A DNA stretch of 64,000 nt from Oculina patagonica (Eukaryota). Below the pieces are notes generated by a model, which was given only the letters and a program-made list of their open reading frames with translations, ran no database searches and was not told the DNA's origin. Where the stretch lies: positions 38,502,001-38,566,000 of the forward strand of contig NC_135761.1 of the NCBI RefSeq assembly GCF_052425735.1, written 5' to 3'. Shown piece after piece: positions 38,881 to 50,883 of the stretch. Numbering within the stretch: the stretch's first letter is position 1; every line of letters starts with the position of its first letter. The translations under genes and the position numbers were made by a program.

Positions 38881-39758
38881 GTAGACAGAAGTCTACATCA
38901 CCAATATAGATCCAGTACAAAATTTGTCTAACGGATAACTAGGTAATGAGGACAACAGAATTGATCACCACAAAAATGGGGAAGCTGTGTTAATTAAGAA
39001 CAAATTTTAAATTTACATGTACTACTTTGGCCGTAAACAATCAATGAACTCTCGCAAAACAAGTTTCAAATCAGAAAATATAGAAATTAAATGAGCACAT
39101 CAATTGGAGTGTACAGCATAGAATGAAGAGTGTAATACATACACTGTAGTTGAATATATAGAGATATAATTGAGAGTAGGAAATACAGTATATCAGCTCT
39201 TGTAGTTATATGTGATAAATCAGCTTAGCCTTGCAGCCATTTCAAAAATAAAGAAAGATCAGAAAATTCTGTTTTGGTTTAAAAATTGTCCGAAGCTTAT
39301 TCGCCATCGCTTACATATGCTTTTATCGAGTAGATATCATCAGTTTATATATCGACTACCAAATAACTTTAAAAAGAAAGAGATAAGGAGTTTCAAACGC
39401 AAGCTGCCGAAGACTTTATAATTAAGCTTAATAGCTTTATACAAGGTTTATAGATCATATTTGAAAAATAACTTACCTTTATCACGTAACGCCATAACAG
39501 GGATTTCTACCAGTTAATCATCAAACGTAACAGATGCTCTTACTACATAACGCTTCTTATCCCTCCAGAATCGAATTCTGCATAAACAACGAACTGGATG
39601 AATTTGAAAAACATTGCTCGCATCGACCGCCATGTTTTTTCATTTTGATCTCGATCGGTCAACTCTCCCCAGGGTCTACTCGGCATAAAAATCCAAGATG
39701 GCGGCACCTTCGTAACCTGGCCAAAACAAAACTTGGCCCATGCCTTAATTTTCTTGAG

Positions 39759-40786
39759 CAGTAAATCGTCTCTAATTTCGTTCAGAAATGCAATAGAGAG
39801 GCATTTGAACAACCCACCTTACAAGAGAAGTTTGAAGCTGAATTCAGCTTCATTTTCAAGTTCCAACCGTATGCTGAACGCCAAAATCAAGAGCCTGAAA
39901 CTGCAAGGGAAGGAAAATGTGCAGCACAAAGAAGCCATCCCTATTGACGACTTGAAGAAATTGAAAGCTGGTCCTGTTTTGCGCCTTACAAATCCATGGT
40001 CTTTGCTGAGAAACGTGTGGTTTCATGTTGTCCTGTACTGGTGTAGGAGAGGTCGAGAGGGGCAGAGAAGTTTGAAGCCGACGAGTTTTGAATTTGCAGT
40101 GGATGAGCAAGGCAGGCGCTATGTCACTATGACCCACGACGAGACCAGCAAAAACCACCCTGGTGGACTTCAAGACCATTCCAGCTTCGAGAAGACGGCT
40201 CGTATGGACAAAACAGAGAGTTAGACCGACGGCTATCGAGCGCTGAGCTTGTACATCTCCAAGCTAAATCCGAAATGCGAAGCTCTTTTTCAGCAACCTC
40301 GGCGCGATTGGAAGGAATCCGCCACACACGACGTATAGTATGAATGGCGTCAACACCCTCGGAAACATGATGAAAGAAATCAGTACGGCAGCCAAGCTTT
40401 CCAAAGTTTACACAAACGACTGTGTTCGGGCGACAGCGATAACCTTGTGGTCAGAAGCCGGTTTGTCGGATCGACACATATGCCACATTTTGGGCCACAG
40501 AAACCCGAACAGTCTCCAGCATTATAATTCCCGCCCGTCGTCTACCCAGCTCAGAAAATGCAGTGATGTTTTGTCCAGTGCATTACAAGACGACAACCAG
40601 AAGTCTTCACGAAGTGATAATCCTGTTAGTGAGCTCCAAACAGCAGTGCCAGGCACAGTGGTGGAAACACACAACCGATTGTCCACCACTGCGATTCACA
40701 GCAAAATGCTTGGCGGCATGTTTAATTCTTGCACCGTCGGTTCGGTTCAAATTAATTTTTATCCGCCTGAACGCAAAAATCAGTGA
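39759..40786 (+). pseudogene. Crypton tyrosine recombinase (DUF3504-like), 3' part
   Basis: SKSSLISFRNAIERHL...WCRRGREGQRSLK...SKNHPGG...GVNTLGNMMKEIS...YTNDCVRAT...GHRNPNSLQHY. The R-K-(H)xxR-H-Y catalytic set is present, with H mutated to D. Stop at 40222 and a frameshift. Confidence 0.9.
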
Positions 40787-41031
40787 ACTGCTTCAGGTTT
40801 CTCAAGATTTTCAAGATTCTTGTAGCTTCAATAACTTCTTCAGAATCGTTTTTGACGTTAAAAAACGTTTGTTTCTTACCACAAAAGGAACCGTTTTACT
40901 TTTCATTCAGCATTTAAGCCAATAGAAAGACGCACGTACAATGCAAGGAGAAATTTGATGTCGATGAATTAAAATTCGAAATTGTTTTCTCATTTAAATG
41001 TCGTTATTAGAGTGTGGCCGTTTACATTTCA

Positions 41032-41229
41032 TAAAAGAAATAAAAAAAACTTGCTCCTCGTGCATTGTTGAGTTATATGAGCACTCGGGAATTTTAAGAA
41101 CACTCGAGAAGTGCGAGAAGCACTCGGCTGCGCCTCGTGCTTCTCTATGCACTTCTCTCGTGTTCTTAAATATTCCCGCGTGCTTATATAACTCAACAAT
41201 GCCATCGGGCGCATTTTTTATTTCTTTAG
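41032..41229. repeat. ~200-bp imperfect palindrome at the Crypton 3' end
   Basis: aaagaaataaaaaa...cattgttgagttata...[cggctgcgcc]...tataactcaacaatg...ttttttatttcttta. Confidence 0.9.
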
Positions 41230-41377
41230 TACTGTCCTGATGTATCTGAAAATATTTCTTTAGAAAATATTTGAGACTCTGGCCGTATAGTAGACTTGCA
41301 GTTGACTAGGGGGACTCAGGAGACAGGAGTTTTGACAGCCCTCAATGATGCCTTCCTTTTCCTTAGTGGAGACAACA

Positions 41378-41492
41378 AGGATGAGAATGGTGATCTTATT
41401 CCTAAATTGATGGGAAAAGATCCAGCTCCAGAAAGCCTTTTAGAACTGATTGTATGCTGGTGTAAGAAGGGATGCAACACAAGATGTGCTTC
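41378..41492 (+). pseudogene. Second short Academ-type Cys-rich C-terminal fragment
   Basis: DENGDLIPKLMGKDPAPESLLELIVCWCKKGCNTRC parallels the 5060-5250 peptide. Confidence 0.65.
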
Positions 41493-42416
41493 GAATCTAT
41501 ATTTACTTTTTCATTTTTTTTTCAATTCATTTTAATGTGGAAATGACATCATTATTGACACGAGATGTTCAGTTAAGTAAACACTTGGAACTTGGAATAC
41601 TATTGAGTGAATTCTTTTGAGGATACATGAAATGTGGGTGTGGGGGGGAATATGGGGGGTTAGGGGTGGAGGCACAAAGAGAGACCGTTAAAGCCCCCAG
41701 AAAAATTACACTCGGGCTTAGCTGGGCTTATTAGTGTTAAGACTCAATGTTAAGATTTGCTTTGCAAAAGCTCCAACAACTGCACTATGAAATCATTGAT
41801 CAAGCAAACAAGAAGACGTTTTAGTATAATTTTAGAGGTGATTATAAGAATTGAAGATTTATTGTGGGGTTGTTTGTTTTTTTTTTGAAAAATATTCCAA
41901 CTAATATTGGTAATTTGAGGGTGTGATAATTTGATATGAAACAAATCGTGTCAACTGCAAATAAACAGTTGAGTTGTGAAGCAATTCAGGCAGTTGCAAT
42001 TTAAGCCCACGACTTAACCTCTTTGTCCAAAATCCGACTTTTCCGCCTTATCTGAAGATTGGAAAGTTAGTATACAGCATAAATTGCCCAGATTCGGCAG
42101 TGATTTACCGCCATATTTAAAGATTGGAGAATAAGCAGCGCTTGCGGTTATGTAATGTAAATTCATTGCATTATCTATTTTCCGTTCTTCAGCTAGGAGC
42201 AGTAATGGAACCAATAAAAAACCCAGCCAGTTTTCCACCTTACTGTTCAACAAAAAAAAAACTTTGTTTATAACACTTAAAAAGTTGAACTGTCTATTGA
42301 TAACTATTTGTGTATGAAGAGCTACATGTTCATTGACTCTATTTTATGTAACTACGAATATTAACTACATAGCCGACAATTGAAAGAAGTTGGATCAGAG
42401 CGTTGAACACGCACGA

Positions 42417-42835
42417 TATACCTGCCAACTCTCAAGCCACTCTCACGTTTAGGCGTGAGTCTCACACCTGCAAGTTAAAAACGTTGATCTCACGTCAACT
42501 CACACTAACGAACCAATTTCTCATGCCTAGTTGAAACGACACACTTCCCAAAAATATGTTAACTCAAACCAATGTGAGGAAAGAAACTTCATGTAAAACG
42601 AGTAAGTGGCGAAACTTTCTCCCGAAATCTCAGAGTTTTGATAAGAAAAGCATTGGGAATGAGGTCGAGTTCTTAAACACGTCCACATAGTGAGATCCCG
42701 ATATGTTCGGAACATCTTCGGAATACTTTGGACCCCTTTGGAAAACTTCGGATATGGTCGTATCGTCTTCAGAATTCCTGGCACTCTCAGGATAAAAATC
42801 TCATGCCTTTGACCCTGAAAAAGTTGGCAGTTATA
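42417..42835. mobile_element. MITE with short TIRs
   Basis: tatacctgccaact at the left end and agttggcagttata at the right end. Imperfect flanking duplication gcacga/acacga. Confidence 0.55.
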
Positions 42836-43050
42836 ACACGATCCATAAAAGATGACCTTGAAAACAAAACATTTATTAATGCTGAGATAATAGAGATTTC
42901 TGTATGTTATTTCATGTTAAGATTAGAATATATTATAGAAAGACGTCAAAGCCTTATTAATTTTGTATCACTATGCAAATGCTCCGGCAACTGAACTATG
43001 AACTCGCTGATCAAGCAGATTCATAATACTATTTCAGAACAACTTTCTAT
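42775..43050. repeat. Local segmental duplication, copy 1 (copy 2 at ~46938-47330)
   Basis: cctggcactctcaggataaaaatctca...caactgaactatgaa is shared, and both copies continue into the LINE RT fragment. Confidence 0.85.
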
Positions 43051-43960
43051 GACTTGTGGAGTGCCACAAGGAAGAATTTTGGGACGTTGCTCTTTAGTAT
43101 CTACACTCATAATCTTCCTAGGATAAAGTATCATCTACCTAGCATTCCACGCCACAGTTCCCCCCAGTGCTAGGCAGATGATACTAAACTGATACTACAG
43201 GACCAGAGAAACGCAATTGCTAGATTAAATGAAGACTTATGCAGAATAAGTAACTGGACCTTTAGAAATCAACTTCTTATAAACCCTTGTAAAACAATGT
43301 TAATTATTTTTGGCAGGAGAGCGAGGGTCAACAAAGTAGAGGATTTTCGTCTAACTTTATTAGGAAAGGAAATTACACCAGCTGCCTGTGCTAAGGACCT
43401 GGGAGTCATTCTAGATACTGCTTGACACATAATGATCACATAGCTTCAACAGTGTCCAGCTGCATGGCGCGCCTGGGCCAGATAAACCGAGTTAAACATG
43501 CTTTTGACACAACCACCTTAACTATTTTAATAATGCCAAAGTCTAGCAAGCTATATTATTGTTGTAATGTTTTGTGCAACACATCAGAGCACAACCTGAG
43601 CAGGATTCAAGCCGTACAAAATTTTGCAGCACGTATCGTCAGCAATTCAAGGAAATATGAAAAAATTTCCCCAATCCTCAAGGATTTAAAATGGCTTCCT
43701 GCAAGACAGCAGTTGTATTATCCCCACGCAATAATGGCCTTTAAATGCATGACTGAGTGCGCACCAGACTCCTTATTTTCCATCACCAGAGCGTCACAAT
43801 GAGGAACTTCCAAATGCTAAATATTACTTTGTATAAAACAGTCACAGGACAAAACTTTCTATTTCAGGACAGTTAAACTCTGGAACTCATTGAACTCTAC
43901 TTTTAAGTTGAAACCAACACTAAAGGACTTCCAAATGTTGCCTTGAAGGGAGCTTAATTG
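43020..43960 (+). mobile_element. CR1/L2-type LINE RT 3' remnant
   Basis: GVPQG, LFSIY, (Y)ADDTKL, AKDLGVILD, QAVQNFAARIV...ISPILKDLKWLP. Heavily decayed. Confidence 0.85.
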
Positions 43961-44043
43961 CAAATATTTTTAGAGACCTAATTGTTTTACATTTGTTTTT
44001 GTTTTGTTATTTTTTCTTTATTAACCTTTATCTCTTTATTCTG

Positions 44044-44157
44044 ATGTATGTATGCATGCTATGCATGCATGCATGCATGCATACATACATACATAAATTA
44101 TTTAAAAAGGTTCCAAGCTTCAATAGTATTACATACATACATACATACATACATACA
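44044..44157. repeat. (CATA/CATG)n microsatellites
   Basis: Directly visible. Confidence 0.9.
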
Positions 44158-44229
44158 AGGAGTATCGAGAACTTTGAAGGCACAAAGTCTTCATTTACAA
44201 AACAACAAACAAAGAAGTCAGGTAGCTTA

Positions 44230-44885
44230 TATCTATACTTTTTCAGGTATGTATTCAAAAGTGCTGAGAGCAATTGGAGAACGTCTCACAAGGAGATTGG
44301 ACGAAATTAAGGCTATGGATACGGCGATCTCGAAAGCATTAAAAACGGACGAAGAGATAAGCGTAGAAACCGATCAAGCATTGACGTTCCAAGACGACAT
44401 CTATTATTGGATAGTAAAAATTAAAGAATTTGTCACAGACGAGTACCATCCGGTGAGTACGTTCCAAACCAAACCAACAGCTAGAGCTCACATCAACCTA
44501 CCAAAATACATATCCACCCCTTTGATGGAAACCCACTTGAATGGCTAACGTTTTGGGATAGTTATAGTAACGCGGTACACAACAATCAGGAAATGAACAA
44601 TATTGACAAAATGAACTATTTGAAAGGACTGATTACCTGCAACGCAGCGCGCCCGATTTGAGGCCTACCAATGACGTCATAAGACTATGAAAAAGCCATT
44701 GAAATACTGAAAGAACGTTTTGGAAGGAACCAAGTTCTAATCAATGCGCATATGGAATCACTTTCAAAAATCAGCGTTCCTTCAGCTGATGTGCAGCAAT
44801 TAAGAAAATTTTATGATAGCTGCGAGAGCAACATTGGTGCCTTACAAACACTAGGAGTCCAGACAGATACATATGGAAGCGTCAT
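44230..44885 (+). pseudogene. Degraded BEL/Pao gag (DUF1759) fragment from a different family than 13090-19085
   Basis: INLPK...FDGNPLEWLTFWDSYSNAVHNN..IDKMNYLKG...LKERFG...INAHMESL...LQTLGVQTDTYGS. Confidence 0.85.
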
Positions 44886-45239
44886 GAACATGTTCTTTTA
44901 CCCATCGCACTTTTACCCAAGAACCAGTTGTCGTGGATGGAAAAGAAAAATTGTTGGTGAAAAACTATAGGCATATTGTTGTCATTTGGCCAAAAGCTTA
45001 TGTTGACTCTTCAGGAAACACATGGGCTAATGAAACTGAAAGACTACGTGTGTTTGCTCAAAAGAAAAATGCCACAAGAAAAGATTCAAGTTGTCGACCT
45101 ACTGAATGAGTACATGTATTTGTAGTGTGGTTTTTGGTAGACCGATGATGAATTTTGTGGATCTAGGGAATATAACACGTATTTTTAAAGGAGCCTATGA
45201 CATCTAATTTTTATTTCTTATACACGTTTACTTTAAGTT

Positions 45240-45440
45240 CAGTTAAATAATCATGATATTTTTAAGTTTTACATCTTAACTTTTATAACTTCATTCTGTG
45301 CATGTATAGATATTTTAGCTCAATAGTTTAATTTTGTTAGGTATTTTTATATTTTATTTTTATATTTTAGCATAGTGATTGTAAAGCGCTATGAAAGATA
45401 AGCTAAATAGCGCTATATAAATGATAATTATTATTATTGA
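45240..45440 (+). mobile_element. LINE/SINE 3' tail with stem-loop and (TTA)n end
   Basis: ttgtaaagcgctatga...atagcgctatataaatgataattattattattg. Confidence 0.6.
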
Positions 45441-48400
45441 TGAATTTGAGGCTCGGAAAGTCCTATTCCAAGCATTTTGGTTCGCTGTGTGCTGCTGTAC
45501 ATGATGATGTTTTCTTGTATGTCGATATGACGGCCAAAGGTGATATTCTAAAAGTAAAGACAGATAACACTTGTAAGCTCCGTTTGTTTGAGCGACAGCG
45601 ACTTGGGCATGTTGCAAGGCGAGCAGAAATAGCTGAGTTACAATGGAACATAAAGTTTGCACTTTGCTCATAATTTGAGAAATTACAAGGAAATGAACTG
45701 CTTAGTAGACAAAGATCTTATTGCAACTGCAGAGGCAATCTTGGCAAAACATGTCACTGGTAACAGACTCTGGGGAGATTTCTGGGGAGCTGAATGTGCC
45801 CCTGTTAAACCTACTGGGCCGATTTAACTGATGCTGGACCAGATGTAGGGGTGTCTAACTATGAAGTTAGATTTAGAGATGCAGAACTTGCATCATAAAT
45901 TAACCTCTGCAGGGAAATAAGCCTATCCTGTTTTAATATACCCAGCCTGAAAAACATACCCTATCAGGCCACACGTCCCTGTTAAGCCCCTATAAGGTTG
46001 AGATGAGGAAATGTAGAGTTTTACTCTTACAGAGCACCACAGTAAACACCATCAGATGCCATTTCTTTATTTAGAGTTTTGAAGAAGTTGTCAGTGATCT
46101 CAAAAGCAATGGAAGGAAGGCCTTCAAAGTTATTGTTTTTTGTTTTTTAAGGAATGATTGTGCAGTGATTTATGAGTATTTTATCCAAATGCTTAAAAAT
46201 CAGAACTTGGTTAACACGTTTACAAACATAACTGATGACATTTCCAAAAAATCCATTCTCAGCCAATTTTGTAACAGACAGTAACACGGTAGTATTGCTA
46301 CAGTAGCTTTGGCATGGGAGTTAACTGCCCCGACGTGTCACAAGTAATTCACAATCACCATCAAATCTGTTAAGCATGCTCAGGAAGCTGAAGGTGGGAG
46401 GAGAGAGAAAGCTGGCCACGCCCAAAAGAGTTGGACTCTGCCCAAAGCAAAAAAAAAAATAAAGTTGAACGGATGTGACCATGAATTTCCACCCAAATTC
46501 GATTTCCAACCTGGAGGAGAGGCAGAGCCAGAGGGAAAACAGCCGAAGACGATCTACATGTGCACGCACATGTCACTTGAGATTATCCAAATAAGAAGAA
46601 TGGAAAAGGAGAGAAGAACCCGCCAGGAGTAAACAGGAAAAAAATGAGAAAGAAAAAAAAAGACAAAAATAGTCCAAGAGACTCACTGATCACAGCCGCA
46701 CACAATGTGAAAAGAGGAAAAAGAAAAAGAAGACAGAGAAGGAGACACGAAGAAGGAAGCCGCACCCGAGCACAAGAAAAAACAAGTAGGCCCAGCCACC
46801 CACGCACCACACCCAAGAAACGTCACCACGCCGCGCGCGAACACCCAAAAAATGCCAAAAGAGAGAAACCAAGAAACCCAGGAAGAAAAGGGGCATGAGT
46901 GGGACAGTTCGGAACGGCGGACCCGACCCGCTTGAGAAATCCTGGCACTCTCAGGATAAAAATCTCACGCCTTTGACCCAGAAAAAGTTGGCAGTTATAA
47001 AACGGTCCATAAAAGATTACCTTGAAAACAGAACATTTATTAAAGCTGAGACCATAGAGATTTCTGTATGTTATTTCATGTTAAGATTAGAATATATTAT
47101 AGAAAGACATCAAAGCCTTATTAATTTTGTATCAGTATGCAAATGCTCCAGCAACTGAACTATGAAATCGCTGATCAGGCAGATCAAAAACACGCTTTAT
47201 ATGTTAAGATTCATAATGCTATGTCAGACCAACTTCCTATGAAGCATTTTGGGACTGTTGCTCTCTAGTACTTACACTAATAATCTTCCAATTCTATGCC
47301 ACAGCTCCAGTGCTACGTAGATGATACTAACTAAACGGATACTAAATTTCATCCTATTTTTTTTAATTCACTCGCACTCGTGCTTTCAAAATCTTACAGA
47401 ATGACATCCATTGTATCAGAATGTAGATAAGCTTTTTCTGTTTAGCTAAGAACAATTTAAGCTACCACATAACAGTTTAAGCTTAAACTTAGGCAAAATG
47501 TTTGTTTGCAACAATCAGAGGTATTGTAAATAGTGGCTTGTTTATCGATTGGCCCTCAATGTGAGCTAGTTGTAGGTTTCAATTTTTTTTTAATTTTGAG
47601 TTCTTCGTATTGAAAGTAGTCGCTTGTACATTTCGATTTTAGCCTCTCCTGATATTATTTTTGGCCAAATGGAATTTTCCTGTGCTGGGTGCAGTTTTTT
47701 GGTGCAGGGGCCAGTTAAGTATGCCAAACAGCCGCCAATGCTTTGCAAAAATTTAAACATTCATGACGAGCAGTTTGGAAGATTGTTGTTCCACCTGTGG
47801 GTTTCAATTTATAGATAAGAAAAGGAAACGGAATACAACTGGGAATTTGCTAAAATATTTAAAACAGTTGTTAAACAAAATTTGAATGAAAAAATTGGCT
47901 TGCCTTGTGCAGTTTGTGATTATTGCAAATATCACATTGAAAAGGAGTGGAAAAGGTCCAGCAGTGGCTAACTACCAGTTGAAAATCAGCAATTTATGAA
48001 ACGAAAACACCCAGTGTCCCTTTTAATGTCAACAAAAGGCGATGAACAAACAACGTCTCACATCAACTGAAAAAGAAGGGGTAAAGACTTGTGTTTAGCA
48101 GCAACTGCCCAGAACCAATGTTGGAAAAAAAGGATGCAGTGAAGGAGAGTTTTCATGTAAATATCAAACAAGTTGCCAATTATACCATGTTTCCCAATGG
48201 TCTCGTTTCCAAGTGGCTTACCATCATCTCTTCGTCCTCCACATTTTTGTGTTTCTTTACTAGATCTAATAAAAGGACTGACGAATATAATGCAAATTTA
48301 AAGACGAGAGGATCCATCACCATGGCACTGGAAGGGGGTTCTCATGAAAAGCAAACTACGGCGTGGCGTGGCGCAGAGCTGATATGGTTGAGAACATGGC

Positions 48401-49492
48401 GCTTGGAGGTGTTTTAGTAATGCTTATTTATCTTTTGGCATCTTGTGCAGCCCAATAGAACTGCAGCAGGATTCAGTGCAAACTTCTGCTGGTTAAAAAA
48501 GATATGGCATCTGAATTTCTATCTAAGAATGGTACCGGTGTGAGGATGATCTACTTGAATTTGACGTTTGGTAAGGACAGCTACGATCCACTGAGCGCAC
48601 CAGACCTGAACTGGCTGAATCATTCATTGCCTTTTGTATGTGTCTAGCAAGGATCAACTTTCTGTTCTTATTTCACTTCAATGCATCAAGACCCTTAACA
48701 AATTGTAAAATTGCTCAAAAGTTTGTGGATAAAAAAACACAAACGTTTACAGTTCTTATTCAAGGTGGAAGATGACAATGACAGCAGTACTTCAGTGTCC
48801 ATCATTTCTGACTAAGGACAGAGCTGTCACCCCGAAGATGATCTTGCTCCTATGGCAGAAGGAGGTTACCAAAAGATGGTAGCAAATGATCAGACAGACG
48901 AGCCAACATTTGAGAAAGTGGTGAAGGAGCGTCAAGAGCTCTTGCAGAGATATTGTCGACATGAGGTAAAGCCTAACTTCCTCGAGATAAAAGACACATT
49001 TAAGTTGAGTTACTGAAGTCAAATGAAGAGAACGCCACTAGGGATGTTCAAGCCCTGTGCCAACTTTTTTCTGGGGAAGAGGCTTAAGATATGTTACAGA
49101 AAAAAAGCCATGAAATAGCAGCCAACACTGTTTTTTCCATCCTGGGGGCAATACAGATACTATTTGTGCCAGTACCTTACAAGCACGAGTGTAAATAAGA
49201 GCCCTGCATCTCATTTCAGCCCAGCGCGGGTTTGCGTTAGCGATCGCTTCGCGCCCAGTTTCTGTTACCTAATGTGTTGTAAAAGCAAATGTTCAAACTC
49301 CGTTTTTGCTGCTGTCTTTCAAGCTCAGGCATTTCTTTGACGCCTTTACACTTCTGCACCTATCAAGTCCCGAGTCTTTCACTATCTGGTAAAGTAGCAG
49401 CCATACTATCTGCTTTAGCCATTAACTGGCTTGTTTTTTCCTACCACATGTTTCCCAGTAAGTGACATATTTGCTTCATAAATCGCAAAATT

Positions 49493-50270
49493 CCTCCACG
49501 CAGCTCACACCAGTGCAGGAAAGGAACTGCAGGCAAGCTCTGGCTACTATCGAAGAACGGGAAGATGCCCTGCTCGAGTCCGCTTTGTTGAGTGTTGAAA
49601 GGGAGCAAAAAGAGAAGAGAAGACGACAAAAAATAATTAACATTAAAAGACTACGCGCTTACGAACAGACTCCGTGCTCAAATTAAAAAGCTCGAGAAAG
49701 AACTCAAAGAATTAATGTAAAAATTAATGTAGAAAATTGTATTTTTATTTTTTCTCATCCTGTAAGGAATTTTTATCTATTTCCCTTTCAATTTGTAAAA
49801 ATATTTGGTTAAAAATTTTTCTTAGTTCCATTCTGAGAGGTTTTTTAAAAGAGAAGTTGTAAAACTAAACACAAATTGTTTTTGCTTTTATTACACAATT
49901 AAAAAGTTAGAGTCTCTACAATTTTAAATTTCAAATGCATTTGTAACAATCAAAACATATAGATCTATTTTTCAGATATGTCCATTTTTAACCCAAGCTT
50001 TAAAAGCACCAATTTTTAACCTGTGCCTGAAAAGTTCCAAATGTGATTGTATTGCTTTCACGAAACAACTCTTTTTTCTGTACACAATAGCAGGAATTAA
50101 TTCTTCTTTTTTCTTACTAGTTACTGAGATCTTTCAGAGTTTGCATTCCCATCCTGAAATAGATAAATAAATAAAGAATAATTAAGCACAATATAAAATT
50201 AAGCACATTTCTAAAACCTTACTCTCTCGTTAAACTCCTATGTGGTTTTCTAATTTCTAAAGTTTTTATC
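49493..50270. repeat. Dispersed repeat with a short coiled-coil ORF; second copy at 61680-62052 plus 62900-63435
   Basis: ccacgcagctcacaccagtgcaggaaaggaactgcaggcaagct (QERNCRQALA.IEE) and the downstream AT-rich sequence are shared. Confidence 0.85.
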
Positions 50271-50282
50271 ACCATTTTTTAA

Positions 50283-50883
50283 AAACAAACACAAAATCTA
50301 ATTTCTAAGTTTTTATCACCAAACACAAAGTCTAAATTACCCCTTTTTTATTTTAATTTTTTTCTCTTCCCCTCAACACATTGTAAAGATTTTACAAACT
50401 TCAAACAAACACAAAGTCTAAATTACCCCTTTTCATTTTCATTTTTCTCTTCCCCTCAACACACTGTAAAGAATTAACAAACTCCTAACAAACTTCAAAC
50501 AAACACAAAGTCTAAATTACCCATTTTCATTTTTTCTCTTCCCCTCAACACACTGTAAATATTTTAACAAACTCCAAACAAACAAACACAAAGTCTAAAT
50601 TACCCCTTTTCATTTTCATTTTTTCTCTTCCCCTCAACACACTGTAAATATTTTAACAAACTCCAAACAAACAAACACAAAGTCTAAATTACCCCTTTTC
50701 ATTTTCATTTTTTCTCTTCCCCTCAACACACTGTAAAGAATTAACAAACTCCTAACAAACTTCAAACAAACACAAAGTCTAAATTACCCCTTTTCATTTT
50801 CATTTTTTTCTCTTCCCCTCAACACAATGTAAAGAATTAACAAACTCCAAACTCAACACACTGTAAAGAATTAACAAACTCCA
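50283..50883. repeat. Minisatellite, ~80-95-bp units, about 6-7 copies
   Basis: Unit aaacacaaagtctaaattacccc(t)n cattttc...tctcttcccctcaacacactgtaaa...aacaaactcc. Confidence 0.92.

Larger units (their letters stand above)
29380..39758 (+). mobile_element. ~10.4-kb DNA transposon with ~25-bp imperfect TIRs and a 2-bp TSD (CA); CMC/Transib-related; carries a transposase gene and a kinase gene
   Basis: Left end ctcacgtaaattaaggcatgggtca. Right end (reverse complement) ctcaagaaaattaaggcatgggcca. Flanked by ca on both sides. Excision restores GAA GAG TAC AGT AAA TCG (EEYSKS) in the Crypton gene. Confidence 0.92.
28570..41229 (+). mobile_element. Crypton (tyrosine-recombinase DNA transposon), interrupted by a 10.4-kb TIR element
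   Basis: YR gene halves at 28747-29379 and 39759-40786. Long terminal palindrome at 41032-41229. A host repeat is split around it. Boundaries are approximate. Confidence 0.8.

Noticed and set aside
39733-39758. Start of the 163-aa recombinase ORF (MAHALIFL)
   Set aside because: It is translated TIR of the inserted transposon. The true N-terminus is at 28747-29379.
21320-39758. A complete ProtoRAG/RAG1-RAG2 transposon
   Set aside because: There are no CACAGTG heptamer ends, no 5-bp TSD and no RAG2-like kelch/PHD gene. The RAG1-N-like fragment lies 8 kb outside the TIR-bounded element.
46583-46898. Basic or Phe-rich ORFs
   Set aside because: These arise from purine/pyrimidine strand bias. 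No recognisable domain.
50283-50883. Repeat array superficially like a CRISPR array
   Set aside because: The units are long, AT-rich tandem copies with no unique spacers. The context is eukaryotic and there are no cas genes.
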